64,000 nt of DNA from Balanoglossus misakiensis. Lineage: Eukaryota > Animalia > Hemichordata. The notes under the pieces were generated by a model. It was not told the DNA's origin. It did no database searches and saw only the letters and a program-made list of their open reading frames with translations. The stretch is taken from the NCBI GenBank assembly GCA_040954595.2, contig CM082580.2:13380242-13444241 (forward strand). Direction: 5' to 3'. Of the stretch, positions 25,535 to 39,376 are shown piece by piece. Within the stretch, counting starts at the first letter, position 1. Every line of letters starts with the position of its first letter. The translations under genes and the position numbers were made by a program.

Positions 25535-28500
25535 TCAGAGAGACTGCTGTGGTTCTGTTGGGTTTCCTGTAGGTCTGTTGAGTCCACCTGTTGAGTTGAA
25601 ACCAGGTGGGGGTACCTGGGGTGCAAGCCAGCTGCCTCCTGCAACAAATGGGAGGGGGGAAAAAAGAATGTTATTTTCATCCAAGCACAGAACACCAGTA
25701 TTGATAATTCTTGACAGTGTTTTCCCCCTAACAGACACTCCGAGAGTTGTACAGTAATATATGCAAACCAAGTTTCAGAGATGCAAATATCAAATACTTG
25801 AGATGTGTGTCTAACACACAAGTTTGGGGAAACCTTCAGAAGCCTTGGACTGTGGCTTGAATAGTTCAATGTGTCTATTTACTATAGACCATGAAATATA
25901 ATAAGATGATATCAAGTTCTTTCAGTTCTCACCTCTGTTGTTGTAATTATGTGTTGGGTAAAAGTTATTTGTGTGTGTTGGTGAATCAACTTCTGTTAGG
26001 GTGTGGAGAGATTTCATCCAATGTGGTGGACTTTCTGATAAATTACCTGCAAACAAACACATTGGTTTCAAGTTAGACATTACACAAGGTGTCAAGTTTC
26101 TTTTGACTTCCAGAATACATAACTTGGAAACTTACTTTCTCTGTCTGTGTCAGTATTTGTGAAAGATGCTGATGGTGTTGATGCCACTGTTATACTGGTA
26201 ATTATGGCAGGGTCTTGTGTTGGCCAACCAGATGGACCCACTGAGTTCCAACCATCTGCAATGAAGCCAATCCATTCCTATTAGTATCATAACTTCAATG
26301 TACACAGTGATATATTTTTCTCTCAAGTAGAAAAACAACAAGGGGAGGGGATGATACTTTCCACAGATGGCATTTTTACATCATCTTGTACCCCATAGGT
26401 ATTCCCTCACCTTTTCCTTGTGTAAAATTTGCGTTGAGATTCTGCTGACCGAAGCTGATGTTGATATTTGGAAGAAGTGCTCGTAAACCATCTTGCCAAT
26501 CTTTTGCATTCACCTGTGGTGGCTCTGGTTGATGCTGTAAATTAACAGGAAAAAAGTAAAACTTTTCAGTGATATTTTGCAACAGTCTCTTACTCTGACT
26601 CTGTTCTTTTTTAAATAAATTCATGTCAATTTGAACTGTCCCTTGCCAGTTTTTGACACTTACCATTGAGTTGGAAGGCTGAGTGTGTGGCATCCACGAC
26701 ATCATTTTACTACCGACTAAATCTAAAAAGAAACATTGTAGAAAACAGGCATCAGTCATTACACCAGGATGCAGAACAATTGTTTTTTATCATGTTGAAT
26801 GTTCATAATTGAGGCCATAACTTACTCTTGTCAGACGACCACTCTTGTATGCACATAGCATGTCAACACACAGAGGCACAAACATACACATACACACACA
26901 CACACACAAACTTGGATTCACTAACCTGGCCTGTATTGGGGTCTGGGAACTGGCGCTGCTGCTGGGTTGAAAGCACCAATGTGATTGCTGAACCCTGGGG
27001 GTGGGGGATGTGCTGTTCTGTCTGTCAGTGATGACTGTGCTGAATTTGAAGTGCCATTTGCAGGAGGAGGTGACGAGTTCAACTGAAGTTCTTTCTCCAT
27101 GATCTCAGCTAAACCTTTAGAAGATTCATCCCAGGGGTCAAACCCTATGCAAAGATGCGAGGTAAGCACATGGTAAATTCCAAATAATCCCGTACAAGTA
27201 TCAAGTTTGCTTTGCTGAATTGTATCTACCTGACAGTTGGAACAACAGGATAGCAATCATCAAGCACTTTGTTGGGACTTACCTAGATCATCTTCTTGTT
27301 TATCTTTTAAAGAACTAAAACCAAAAGCCTCTTGCCAATTTGTAGTGCTGGTGATTGGTAATGTGTCGTTGCCAAAAAGACTGCTTTCTGCTGCTTGCCA
27401 ATCTGGAAAAAGTCATATAAACACAATAATTCATACAGGACCAGTTTTTCTTTTGATCATGACAGACACTTTTGCAGTATTGTCACTCGAAATTCAAGTG
27501 GTTTTTCAGTACATGTACCAGAGGTCAAAAATGGCCTTAAATACTTCAGAATGCATGCATTTTTTTCCTGGCCGTCAGTGAATTCCTGACTTACCACTTG
27601 CTGGGTTTGGCAGGGAAGAGGCATTTGGCACACTGACTGGTGGTACTGGCCTCGTCGGTGGCATAAAACTATTGGAAAACAAAGAGGAGTCATCTGTCCG
27701 TAAACTGTCAAACGGTGACCGCCTCTGTTCTGTGGGTCTCTGTTGTGTGTCAACTGCCTGTGCAGTTTGTTGTAAAAGGTGTGTATCATTGATGGGCATC
27801 ACACCATTAGTCTCTATGTAATGATCCTCTCTTGGACTAGAAAGCTGTGTGTTGCTGCAACTGGTCGGTGGCGACCCTTTTGGGATGATGCTCAAGTCGT
27901 CTCCGCTGTCTGTCAGCGACGACGGGGACAACTGCGGGCCTGACTGCTGTGACAGACTTGGTAGTGGTGGCGATGGTTGCTGTTTGCCGTTCTCTGTGGC
28001 TGATGCTTCTCTGTGTAATGATGGCCATGCCTCTTTGTTTGTGTTGGCAACTGGCGGTGGCGATGGCTCTTTCCTGTGTGTAGCAAAGTTCATTATTCAA
28101 CATGTGCCAATTCTTGAGTTAAAGTTTAGCAGTCTTGGAGAAGCAGCAACAGGCTATTGAGCTGATCAACCTGTCATTCATAGATTCATGGCTGTTTTAT
28201 GACATACTGATAAACACTGTGATATAAATGTCTATGCTTTGGAGGCATATTACGATACAGACTGACATGTCTTACCTTGGAGTGCTTTGTTTTGGGACAG
28301 ACTGGCCATCTGTAACAGCTGACTGCCCACCACCACCAAATAACTGATCTAACAGTTTTCTCTCATAATCTTGATGTTTCCTGTAGGATTAAACACACAA
28401 AAAATGATTGAGTTGTGTCTAGCATGGGCTGTTCTTTTCAAACATCGAAGTGCCTAATAGATCAACACTCTGAAAATCTTGTTCCAACAGAAAAGAAACT

Positions 28501-31062
28501 CTTGGAATTGTTGCAGACAGCTCACTTACCCTATCTGCATGTCTTCTTTTGTAAAACTTGCAGCCTCGTCACCAAGTTCATGTAAATACATACAGTCCTA
28601 CAGAATAAGAACAAATACCCAAAACAATGAATTAAATTGAAGCCTATCTGAACAGGGGACTCTTCTGTATTGAACACTGCTCCTAGTATCTTTCACACAT
28701 GACACTACATTTAAAAGAACTCACATCACAAATCAACCACCTCCACGATCTCCACAGATATTGCAAACACTTACCGGTTTGGGACACTGTGCATTTTTGA
28801 GAAAATGACTACAGTATTTCGTAGTTCCCAAAGATGCCTTTAATGTTCTTCCATCGACAAACACGTTGTTGACTGCCTGTATGGCTTTCAATGCATCTTC
28901 TGATCTTTGGTATGTCACATATGCACTTGCACTAGGTCCCTGGGTCACGACAAAAAATATTATCAGTGAGACAAGATTAATATACATGTACCACGGTACG
29001 TCAGCATCATTAGCAGCCAATGAATTTTACAAACAGATTTTACATTGGAACCACACAAGTATAGACATCCAATCTGGTATAAAATCTAGTTTCCTTCACC
29101 TACCTGTGAGCCTGCATATGACGTACTTTGATTGATGACCACTTTAACGATCTTACCAAATTTACCAAAATACTCATGCTTTCTCAGAATCTGAGGAAAG
29201 AATGGGTTTCTTTGTTATTTTGGCTTAAAAATATATGTAAAAAGAAGCGCACTGAAGGTGAATGGGAATTTCTTTTCCTGTACTTGATAAGAATTTCTAG
29301 ATCAATAAGGAAACATGTATAACGTGATGGATGAATTTAATGAACACCTTCAACTCACCTCAGGATCTGCTAGTCTCTGTGACAGACCCACCACAAAGAC
29401 AAGATTTTTCTGCACAACCCTGCAAGAAATTGAAGTCAACATGTTAGAACTACAATCTGAGCTACATATTTAACACAGGTACAGTTAACAACACACACAG
29501 TGCACACACATACTCGTGAGGTTATCTGTCTCACCTGACACTGGCCAAGTGTTTCCTATTTTCTGAAATTTTCTGCTTTCTCTGTATGTCTTTCTGCTTT
29601 TTTTCATTCTTTATCTTCTGTAGCCTGCAAGTCAATGCACAGTACAAAACAGTCAGCACAGCGAGTTCAACACTTCAACAAAAATCCTTAATACTCTCGG
29701 TAGGTTTGAATGCCAGAGATGAATAAAAAATACAAACATTTAATCTGGACACATCCTTATTCTTTACTGTGAACTGATGTAATTTAAAAATTAAAAATAC
29801 ATAAATATACTCACTCTTCTTCTGTAAGTGGTTTGAAATCAGCTGGATGTTCTGGATATGGTTTCCTGCATGCTGGACACAGACCATTTTCATCGGTACG
29901 AATACGGTGCCAACAAAAACGACATATCTGAAACGAAGAGTTAGAATAAGTATCAACATGTTCAAATTAATACACTGCAGCACTTTTTCATGCAAATGAC
30001 ACACATAGATGCACGGACGAACGTGTAATGATTTAGGAAAGTATATCAAAATACTTTAGGGGATTAAAAATACAAATTTGATGAAATTAATTTACCTGGT
30101 AACCACAGGTGCAGGGGAAAAAGTTGACATCGTCCATTTCCAGAGGTTCCATACACAAGGGACACTGTGTGATAAATCAGAAACAAGAAAATTGATGCCA
30201 ATGCACACAACGCAACTAAACTTTTATCTCCTTATCCTGTTTATAAACTCAATTTCTCAGTAGAATAAAGAGGCCTGTAGACACCCATGGTATAACCTGA
30301 TGGTATCATGGTTTACATTATCAACAGGTGATGATGATACTAGTCAGAATCATGATATGTTATGAAATTTACCATATTGAAAGATTGTGTACCTACCCAA
30401 CCCTTTCCCATGAGATCAAAATTATCAACAGGTAACAATGTATGCACAACTGGTAAACATCCTGTTTTCAGCTCTATAATTCATTCAATGCTCAATGTAC
30501 AAAAAAATCAAACAATAAGAGAAATGGCAACAGATTCAACCCAAAAGGTCCACCATTGGCCACTTTTTGGGGTTTTATGTTTAAAAATGTATTCAACAAA
30601 TCTTACTGGTACATGCACTAGTGAGCATGAACTTGTTTATGATGATGTGTACTTGGCCTTCATGAAGTGACCTCAATTTTAGATCAAAGTATTATTTTTA
30701 ATTCTCTTTTTCACTAACAGTCATTTGTAAGTGTGTCCAGGTGACCGTGTTATGTCTGGCTTTCTATTATTGTTCTGTGTATCACATCTACTTGTGTGGG
30801 GTATTCCCCACATACAGCGCACTTCATGGATTTTCCTGTCCTCTGCGTGACCTACTGAAATGTAGCTTGTGAACCAGGCAACAAATCATTCAATTAGATA
30901 GTTCTGTTTATGTAGTTCTGTTTATGATCATAAGATAAAACAGAGAAAATAAATCTCTTGTCTTTCAATAGTTATACAGAATATATCTCATTTCTTTACT
31001 CTTATGATATCTTTTTCACTTCTTACCTCCATTGCATCTTCATGGTTGTTATTGTTGGCCAT
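25535..31062 (-). CDS. CNOT4: CCR4-NOT subunit 4, E3 ubiquitin ligase (RING, RRM, CCCH), multi-exon
   Basis: Exons encode MANNNNHEDAME|CPLCMEPLEMDDVNFFPCTCGYQ|ICRFCWHRIRTDENGLCPACRK, VVQKNLVFVVGLSQRLAD, GPSASAYVTYQRSEDALKAIQAVNNVFVDGRTLKASLGTTKYCSHFLK, DCMYLHELG, and the C-terminal DWQDGLRALLPNINISFG, DPAII, PHWMKSL and PPPGF motifs. A non-coding first-exon donor lies at 32110. Confidence 0.95.
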
Positions 31063-32110
31063 GTTGATTTTGGCGGACGTCACTATAAACAGATGAACAG
31101 CTACAACAGTATATTATTCCTAAATTGTAAATGTATCTTCTTAGTTTGGTTTCCTTCGATTGTTTGATGTTGATGTTTGACTTAGGTCTGTAAAATAAGA
31201 AAATGATGAATGAAATATAAAGGTACTAGTACCATGCTGAGGAAGCGTGTCACGGGGAAACCTTGTTGTTACTCTAGTGCCATGTGGTGATGTACGTATC
31301 AAGTCATGTGAATGTTTGGATCTGATTTTATAAAAGTAGGGTAAAGAAAAATATCCAAGTGATGTGACCAAATATTGGACAGTTAATAAAAATTACCATA
31401 ACCTTGTTTAAAATGAAGCATTGTCAAATAATTTATTATTAAATGGAGGCAATTTACACATTCACTGTAGTGAGCAGCTCCCACATCATGAAGTGATCAG
31501 AATGCAGCAGGGTCAAGCCTGACCATGGACATTTTCCTTGAAGCTACCACATGAAACATGCAGTAGCTAATTTGCCTCGTGATTCTGATCGACTTATCAG
31601 TATTGGGTATAATATGGCTAAAATATTTCCGAGGTATGTTGAAGACATAAAACATGGCCGACACATATCGACTTAGGGCAGATGTGCGAGAGGGACAGTT
31701 TCTAGTGACAGTATTTATGTACACACCCTTCGACTGACCGATCGCGTATAGAGTCCACAATTGGGACTATAAGGAGATGTTCTCTTCTCCACTGAAAAAT
31801 TTAATGATTTCGAAATAAACTCTTGAGTCTGTTCTTACGAATATATTACATTGCCTAATATAGCTTGTGCTGCCGTGACAAGTGTATGTATATTTCACAA
31901 AGCTAGGCAAACATTAATCTAATCGACTACACAATTTCAGACAGACAAAATTTTCCGTGTAACGTCTGGGGTCGCTCCCACTAATATAATCACGAAGTTA
32001 GAAAATTTTGAAGGTTAATTGACTGAAGGGGTAGTTCTGGGGCGACGGGTCAATATCGGGTCTCAATTTGGGTGTAAATCTCCAAAATCTGATGATATGT
32101 TTTCGCTCAC

Positions 32111-32312
32111 CTCTGTGATTCTCCTTTCCAATACAGTACAGTGAAATTTACCAAATGACGTAATTGCGCATTGCTCTGCGCACATCACCCGGATGTTCGT
32201 CAGACCGACTCGCAATGTTACATGGGAAAAAAGAAACATGTCCGCCTCCTACATGTTGTAAATACCGGAAACTCAAAATAGAAACGAAACGTGAAAACTA
32301 AACATATGTAGT
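32111..32312. promoter_or_regulatory. Bidirectional promoter region of CNOT4/SCNM1
   Basis: About 200 bp between the CNOT4 5' exon donor (32110, -) and the SCNM1 ATG (32313, +). It contains TGACGTAA, TGCGCA (NRF1-like) and CCGGAA/CCGGAT (ETS-like) motifs. Confidence 0.6.
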
Positions 32313-34375
32313 ATGTCATTCAAGAGGGAAGGCGATGACTTCAGTTTGCTGAATATCATAAAAGTCAGTATTGTTCACAAGAGACGATACATAACCAGAC
32401 TTTAGAGTGAAAGGTGTAGTGTTGGTGGAGGTAGTGTTATCATTCATAAAGGGGGGGGGGGGCTCTTCCTCCATGTTTGTAGTGTGTATGTGGTTTGTTT
32501 GATGCTGTTGATTGATGTAATAAACCAAAAATATGTTTGAAAAGTTTGTTTGTCATGTTTGTTTGTTGAGAGGTTAGGGTGGTTGAGGTAAGAGTTCTTA
32601 CCCCAACCCTAACACCATCCAATAAAAATCTTCAAATATCTTCCTCTTACATGTATGATGTACTGACTGTCGTCACTTTAAATTTGCAGAAAAGAAGAGT
32701 TTCTGAATTATTGGCAAATGATATTCCTAATGATGAAGCCTATCTCATGGCAAATGGAAGGCAAGCTAACAATCCTTGTATCATTACCAAGAAATCAATC
32801 CTCACATACCTCAAAGTTAAAACACAGTTGGACAACACAAATCTTTATGTATCATCAGCACAAGTATAGCACAACATGATCATTATAAGTCTTTTATTGG
32901 GATACCTATGTATTTTTCAGGTTTGCATGTTGTGTGTGTTCTCACAGACCTGTGTTCGACACTGTTGATATGCTGTCAGTTCATAGGAAAGGCAAGAAGC
33001 ATGCTGCTAGTAAGTGTGGTTTCTTTTTGTCTAATCATTGAGACAACTCCTTTGTCTGATTTCGTGACCCGGCACAGTGAGGTGACTTAAATAACCAAAG
33101 CATTCATTTCGACTTCCCTTGGAATTTTGTGGTTTTCACAACAGTTGCACTTGCTATGTAAATGTACTTACTTGTGTATTTTGAGTAAATTTTCTTGTAA
33201 TTTTATTTTGGAGACCAAGAGAGGTATTATCGAAACCAAAAAGAGATTGCTGATCTCAAACTGAAAAGAGCTCATGAACAGTACTTGAAAGAAACTGAAA
33301 GGAAATCTGAGGTATGGTATTCAATTGTTAATGAATGTTTCTTACAACCCCAGACAGGTGACTAGTATTTAACTCTTTAATAATTTTCTGATTACTGCCC
33401 ATCTTACTTCAGACAGGAGATGAACACGCAGAGACGTCGATTCCAAAGCTGCTGGCAGAAACACGAAAGACTACCCAACATGCATTGCTGAAATCGGCGC
33501 CATATAATAGTTGTGTCAAACATGGTAGAAAGGAACAAGTGAAGGGGTTAGTGTTTATTTGTGTATTTGAACTCTTCAATTGCCAAAAGTTGCTGTTTCT
33601 TTAATGCTAGTGAGTGATCATATAATCATATCTTTCTTCATAATTCACAGTGATAACTCTGCTGGTAAAGGATTGTTCTTCCAGTCTCAAAAGCCACATC
33701 CTGTGCCAGTAATTCCACACCCCGGACCTTCAGGAACAGTTCCTGGAGCATATGTTTCAAAAAGACTCCAAAACCTTGAAAAATCAAGTCATGTCTCTGG
33801 GGCTGTTGCAAGGACAGTGAGCAGAGATGACCCAACCGACAGAACAGTTTCAAAAACAGTTGTCACCAGAGACGAGGCTGTCCTAGCCTCTGTTTCTGCA
33901 CTACCTGCCCATGTCATTCTTGCTCCGCCTCCGCCGCCGCCGCCGCCACCACCAGAGGGCGCTGTTGAGTTGCCAAGGGGAGACACTACTTCTCGTGGTT
34001 CACAACTGAAACAGGAAGACTCCAACAATGTGGAATTACAAAACAGTTGTGACAGAGAGAAGCGAAGGGCTGAGGCAGAGTACTATATCAAAATGAAAAG
34101 GTACAAAGTCAATTCTAAAAAGTTTTCAATTGATGTGAAGTGAGAAAGCCATCCTTTTCTTAAACCTTTGCTGCCAAATTTACTTTGCAAAATCAGGTTT
34201 GTTTGTGTTTGTCATCTAGTTTGATAGTCAGTACGTTTTTAATCAACACCATGTCAATTTCATGTCTTTCAGCTCTGGTTGGATCATGGATCATAGAAAC
34301 GGAAAGTGGGTCAAAGATGCAAATGTGGAGTTTGATTCTGATGAAGATGAGCCTCCGTTGTTTCCACCTACGTGA
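32313..34375 (+). CDS. SCNM1: Sodium channel modifier 1 (zinc-finger splicing factor, minor spliceosome), 7 exons: 32313-32363, 32690-32760, 32921-33009, 33214-33311, 33413-33546, 33651-34100, 34273-34375
   Basis: MSFKREGDDFSLLNIIK|KRRVSELLANDIPNDEAYLMANGR|FACCVCSHRPVFDTVDMLSVHRKGKKH, then LLAETRKTTQHALLKSAPYNSC, and C-terminal SGWIMDHRNGKWVKDANVEFDSDEDEPP, all matching SCNM1. AATAAA at 34516. Confidence 0.93.
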
Positions 34376-34638
34376 CAAAACTTTACACATGGATTACTTT
34401 CAGCTGCCATACCACCTTTGGGGAATAACTGGATATCTTTCACTGTCACAATTAAACTGTACCTGAGCTTGGTTTCTACAAAATATATTATTTGTACTGT
34501 ATTATTATAAGTCACAATAAACTAATTTATTAAGTAACTTACATTTGTAAATCATTTATGGTAATACATGTACTGATAGATGAGAGTATCTGCTAAATCT
34601 AGCGTGAACTTATTTCAATGGCCTGCATTGTATATATT

Positions 34639-34893
34639 GATTCAGTGGAAAACGCGGCGACCCCTGCCAGTAACTACAGGCCTGGCCTGTAGAACCCAGC
34701 GATTCTGCTGGCATGGCATCTAAGGACGTCTTTTGTCTGTGACCTCAATTGGTCCTATGGGAGTGGACGAACAAAGACGTCATCATTGACCGCAATCGAT
34801 GAAAACATCATTAATAGACCTAGGTTAGCACTGCAGGTAGCTCAGATGCCATGGCTATGCTCTGAACTGGGGACGAAACCTCGCGGTGAAATC
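34639..34893. other. Locally GC-richer element with nested inverted repeats (structured ncRNA or repeat, unassigned)
   Basis: Stems 34674-81/34685-92, 34696-700/34707-11, 34712-21/34844-53 and 34725-33/34773-81, with outer ccagt/actgg and cgcg/cgcg pairings. Confidence 0.4.
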
Positions 34894-35785
34894 AGCCGGT
34901 CTTTCGCAATCTCCATGATTATACCTGTCCGTCTTCAAAATAAATCATAAGTCAAGTGTCGCATTTACATGGCCAGTTGTGAAAACAAACACAAAACATT
35001 TGTCAAGCAGGGTAGATACAATCAACAAAACATACAGAACACAGTCAAATCCGTGAATGAAAGATGTTTACAAACTTCTGGCAAAAATACAAAATACATA
35101 TGTATTTATAAGCTAGGTCAAAAAGCAGTGAAGCAGATGGCAAATGCCGATGATTTCGATGCCAGTTGCCACATGAAGGACCATCCTATTACATGTACAT
35201 CGTGTATATTTCCGAAGAAATTAATTATCGGTCACCAGCCTAACCTTGAAAAACACAATTCGGCAAAATGAGTCTTTTTCATAGTGTGAGTTTGAATCAA
35301 CCCGCTTAGCTTTCAGTGTACCATTCACTCGAAACACACACGCCTTCTGTTGGCATGGTAACAAAGGGCGTACACAATGAAGAGGGTTTCAAGGGAATTT
35401 CAAACGAATAAATGGAGCCAGTCCTTTGAAAGGAATCTGTTATAAATGCGGGGAAATGGTGACTGGGAGCGATATTAAAAGAGAAATATTTTATAACATT
35501 CTCTGCGTCTATGAGTGTTTTTTGTTGACAATTATTTGAAGTGTGCATATCGAGGTTCTTCCACGAGCAGGTTAAAACCACATGCGCAGGTACGTAGGTA
35601 GGTAGGTGTGTTGTGTTCTTGACATTCTATTGTCATGCAAATGACGTTATGATGTCTCTCCATAGCTATGGCATAAACATGCCATTGAACAGCCTTCTCG
35701 AGTCACGTCAACTCACTTTTGCGTTGGAGTAAACGTATTTTGATTTTTTTAAAGGTCTCGCCAACGCGTACGGGTACTCGAGACA

Positions 35786-38700
35786 ATGGGTTGCGGGGCA
35801 TCGGCAGATTCGCAGGTAACTCCGGCCGGTCAGAATCACAAGGGCGACGGACGGAAAGGTAAACACCTTACTAACAGTGATGTCGGAGTTGGCCGTGCAG
35901 GTCCAATACAAGTCGCACGACAGCCGTTCGCCCCGCCGGGTTCGCCGGTAAGTAGTTCTGTACATTAGTCCTAGTGTTTGAACAGGCATACCTTTGTCGG
36001 ACAGAAGTTGTCTTTCTCGTTTGGGCTACACGGTCACGTACTGAGGCGATCACTTAGCTTTGAAACTATTTAGCATACAGCAGATACTAGTATGATTCAT
36101 GCCTACACTGGTTCATTTGTAATTCTTCGCGTTAAACCAAATCCATGCAACTTACTAAAAAGAGGTTGCCCGAGGGAGACTAGTGTATTGAAGTCTTTGC
36201 TTGGTGATTTTTTTAAAAACAGGCATAATATCGACGGACTAATGCATAGGCAAGGTATCGTGTACCATGTATCTACCATCATACCATTATATGTGAATTG
36301 AATTGAACAACATACGTCTTTGTTTTCCGTGGGCGATACTCATATCGCCAGAAAGTTTACCTGTGTTTTTTTAAGTTGCCAAGCTATAAAACAATCCACC
36401 AGGCTACGAGTTTTAGTTGGCTGCCATCAAACGATTTAAAGTTTGCAGTGAAGATACCATGTGTCTTTGGCGCATTAAAATCATCACGATTCCTATGTTT
36501 AATTATTTCTTCATCAATCATATATATATATTCCCCCTGGTCTCGACAACAAGATAGAAAGAAGAACATGAAGTGAAATATTGTTTGATTACTGAACTTG
36601 AATCTTTCCGCAGATTGTCTCATAAATTAATTTTCCTGTCACATGACAATAACCCGTGTTTTCAAGTTGCCATGTCATAAACAACAGACGCAACGACAAC
36701 ATATGATTTTTTTTCCACACGACACTCACAACACTGGAAAGTTTACCCTTGTTTTCATGTTGCCACGCTCTAAAACAATCTCAAGGGGCCAAAGTTCTAG
36801 CTGACTGCCACCAAACGATTCAAGTTTGCATCAAGAAGATGGAAATGTTTTTTGGCCCATTGAAACTTCCACATACAGTGTTTGAGTATTTCTTCCATTC
36901 CGACCCACTCCTTACCCTATGCGGAGTGACGGTGTGGGAGCAACGTTTACACAGACTTGAACACATTTTTTTCTTTAAAAAGTAAGTAGTGTCTTTACAT
37001 CTACTTCACACGACTAATGCTTAAACATGTCTATTACATTTTTGACACTCTGCTCATTTCCACAGGCAATCTATCACGGGACAGTTCTACCGCTGTTGAA
37101 TTTCGACCCGATGAAGTCAGCAGAGAGAATAAAGGCTGCGATAGAGGGCGCAGGTGAGATTGACAGAACTATGCTCGATCACTAACAAGGGTACTTGACT
37201 TTTTCAGAATGACAGTATTCTTCCACACAATATTTAACAATCGTTTCCGCACTTGCCGCAGGGACAAACGATGACCAGCTGATTCAAGAAATCGCCACGG
37301 TGACCAACGCACAGAGACAGGAAATAAAGAGTGCCTATCAACAACGATACGGAAAGGTAACTTGAAAGACAACACTCTTAGATTTCTGTTGACAGCAAGA
37401 GGCGCATTACATTATTTATATGACGTTAAGTATTTCCCTTTCGAGTATTTATGCTCAGAATAATGCTTTTCATTGTAGAGTATGGTTGATTCTATCAAGG
37501 GCGACATCAGCGGTGACTATGAGGAAGTCATCTTGCACCTGTTGGAAACGTCAGCTGAGTACGACGCTTGGTTGCTCAACGAAACCATCAGCGTAAGATT
37601 TTCATCATGTGACGTTTATATTGGAGCGATTTAAAAGTCATAGTATTCAAGTACAACGCATTTAAAATGACATCATTAACTAATTTTAAGTTTTCCAAAA
37701 ATATCTTGGCATCATGGCATATTTTTTGAACTTATAAAGATTTACTTGACTTTTTTTTCAATATAGGGACCAGGAACAGATGAGGATGTCTTGCTTGAAA
37801 TCTTATGCTTCAGAACTAAAGAGGAACTGGCACAGATAAGACAATGCTATCAGAAAAGTAAGTAGGGTCACAGTATACTAGTACATCACTAGAAACCGTG
37901 CTACTTCATCAGAACGGTGTGCCCTATGCCTCGCTTGTTTTCACGTGTTTTGAAAATTCTTATCATGCACTTTGTTGATGTCTCTCATATTAGAATACAG
38001 TCGTACTCTCGAAGAAGATATCAAGGGCGATACCAGCGGCGACTTCGAGAAGCTTCTCCTCGTCCTCCTGCAGGTGAGTCCCAGATGAAAATATGCTATT
38101 GTATTCTTGGCACTGTTTATATTCGTCCAAGTGTCTGGTACATGCATGCAATATTTTGCAGGTGGAAAACATTTGCAAATGATACCCTTTTAACTGTTAT
38201 CATGTTTATCTTGGCAGGGTAACAGAGATTTGCCCCACATTGTAGTGGATGCGTTTGCCAGATCGGACGCGAAGTTGATGCATGAGGTAAGAGAATGAAC
38301 CTGTGCTAAATATAGACCATCCACAAACACTCATTAAGATCCGTCTCTTTTTCACGTGAAATGATTGCTAAAGTTAATTTTCGTGCATTTTTACACCCTC
38401 TTGGTTTTCATTTCACGGCCATGTTTTATTTCTTGAAGGAGGGAGAAGGAAGACTGGGCACAGATGATGATAGATTTATTGACATATTCACCACGCGTAG
38501 CTGGGACCAGTTGGCAGCGGCTACATTCATGTACGAGAAGGTAAGTTGCGCAGTTGACTTCGCTTTAGAACGGATTTTTGTCATTTTCGACACGCATGCG
38601 TAGCCTCGTTCATGCCAAACCATGCAAGCAGACTATGACTTCACCTATGTTCAGATCTTCGAAACAAAATAACGTAGTCATCAAAACATGTTGTCTGGCT

Positions 38701-39376
38701 ACTGCTACACCTACTTTTTATTTAACTTGCAACTTTTCTTATCTTCAGATGTATGGAAAGAAAATCGAGGATATGTTAGACAGCGAATTTTCCTTGGATA
38801 TGCTCTTTGCTCTCAAGAAAATAGGTAAGTGAAGATACAGAAACACATGAAAATGGTATTGGCCGAAATTTCGCCGTCCGACTTTGACCTGAGGTCGCCC
38901 CGAAAAAGCCGGGAACAAAATGGCTATTTGTATTTCGATGTCAATACAATAAATATTTGATTTTTCATATCGCTATTCCCATTCAGTTGTGTTTTCACGT
39001 GACCGCGCCGCTTATTTTGCCGAGAGACTTTACGGCGCGATGAAGGGCATTGGGACAGAGGACGATTATTTACAGAGGCTGGTTATCACTCGATGCGAGG
39101 TAGGTGTCGCAATCTTTAGTGCAATGTTACTTTGCGTTTGGTCAAAAAATCAACTGTACTTTCTCATTCTACTGCGAAAACAACTAGTATCTTCATCCTA
39201 TACATGCATCTTAAATCCTGAAATCATTTATATCAACTGTATGATTCTGCTTTCAGGTCGATTTATTGGAAATAAAAGAGGCGTTTCGTCAAAAATATGG
39301 ATTGCCGCTGAGTAAAATGATAAGAGACGACACCAGTCACAATTACAAGGAAGTTCTTCTAGCACTTGTTAATTAA
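35786..39376 (+). CDS. Annexin (four repeats; N-terminal myristoylation signal as in ANXA13-type annexins), about 11 exons
   Basis: Exon 1 (35786-35947) begins MGCGAS. Repeats contain IEGAGTND...[105 protein letters not shown] and DDTSHNYKEVLLALVN*. Confidence 0.92.
36335..36866. repeat. Two diverged direct copies of an approximately 145-bp unit in annexin intron 1 (about 36335-36480 and 36721-36866)
   Basis: Shared blocks gaaagtttacc, gttgcca.gct.taaaacaatc, ctgcca.caaacgatt, aagtttgca and tttggc.catt in the same order. Confidence 0.7.
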
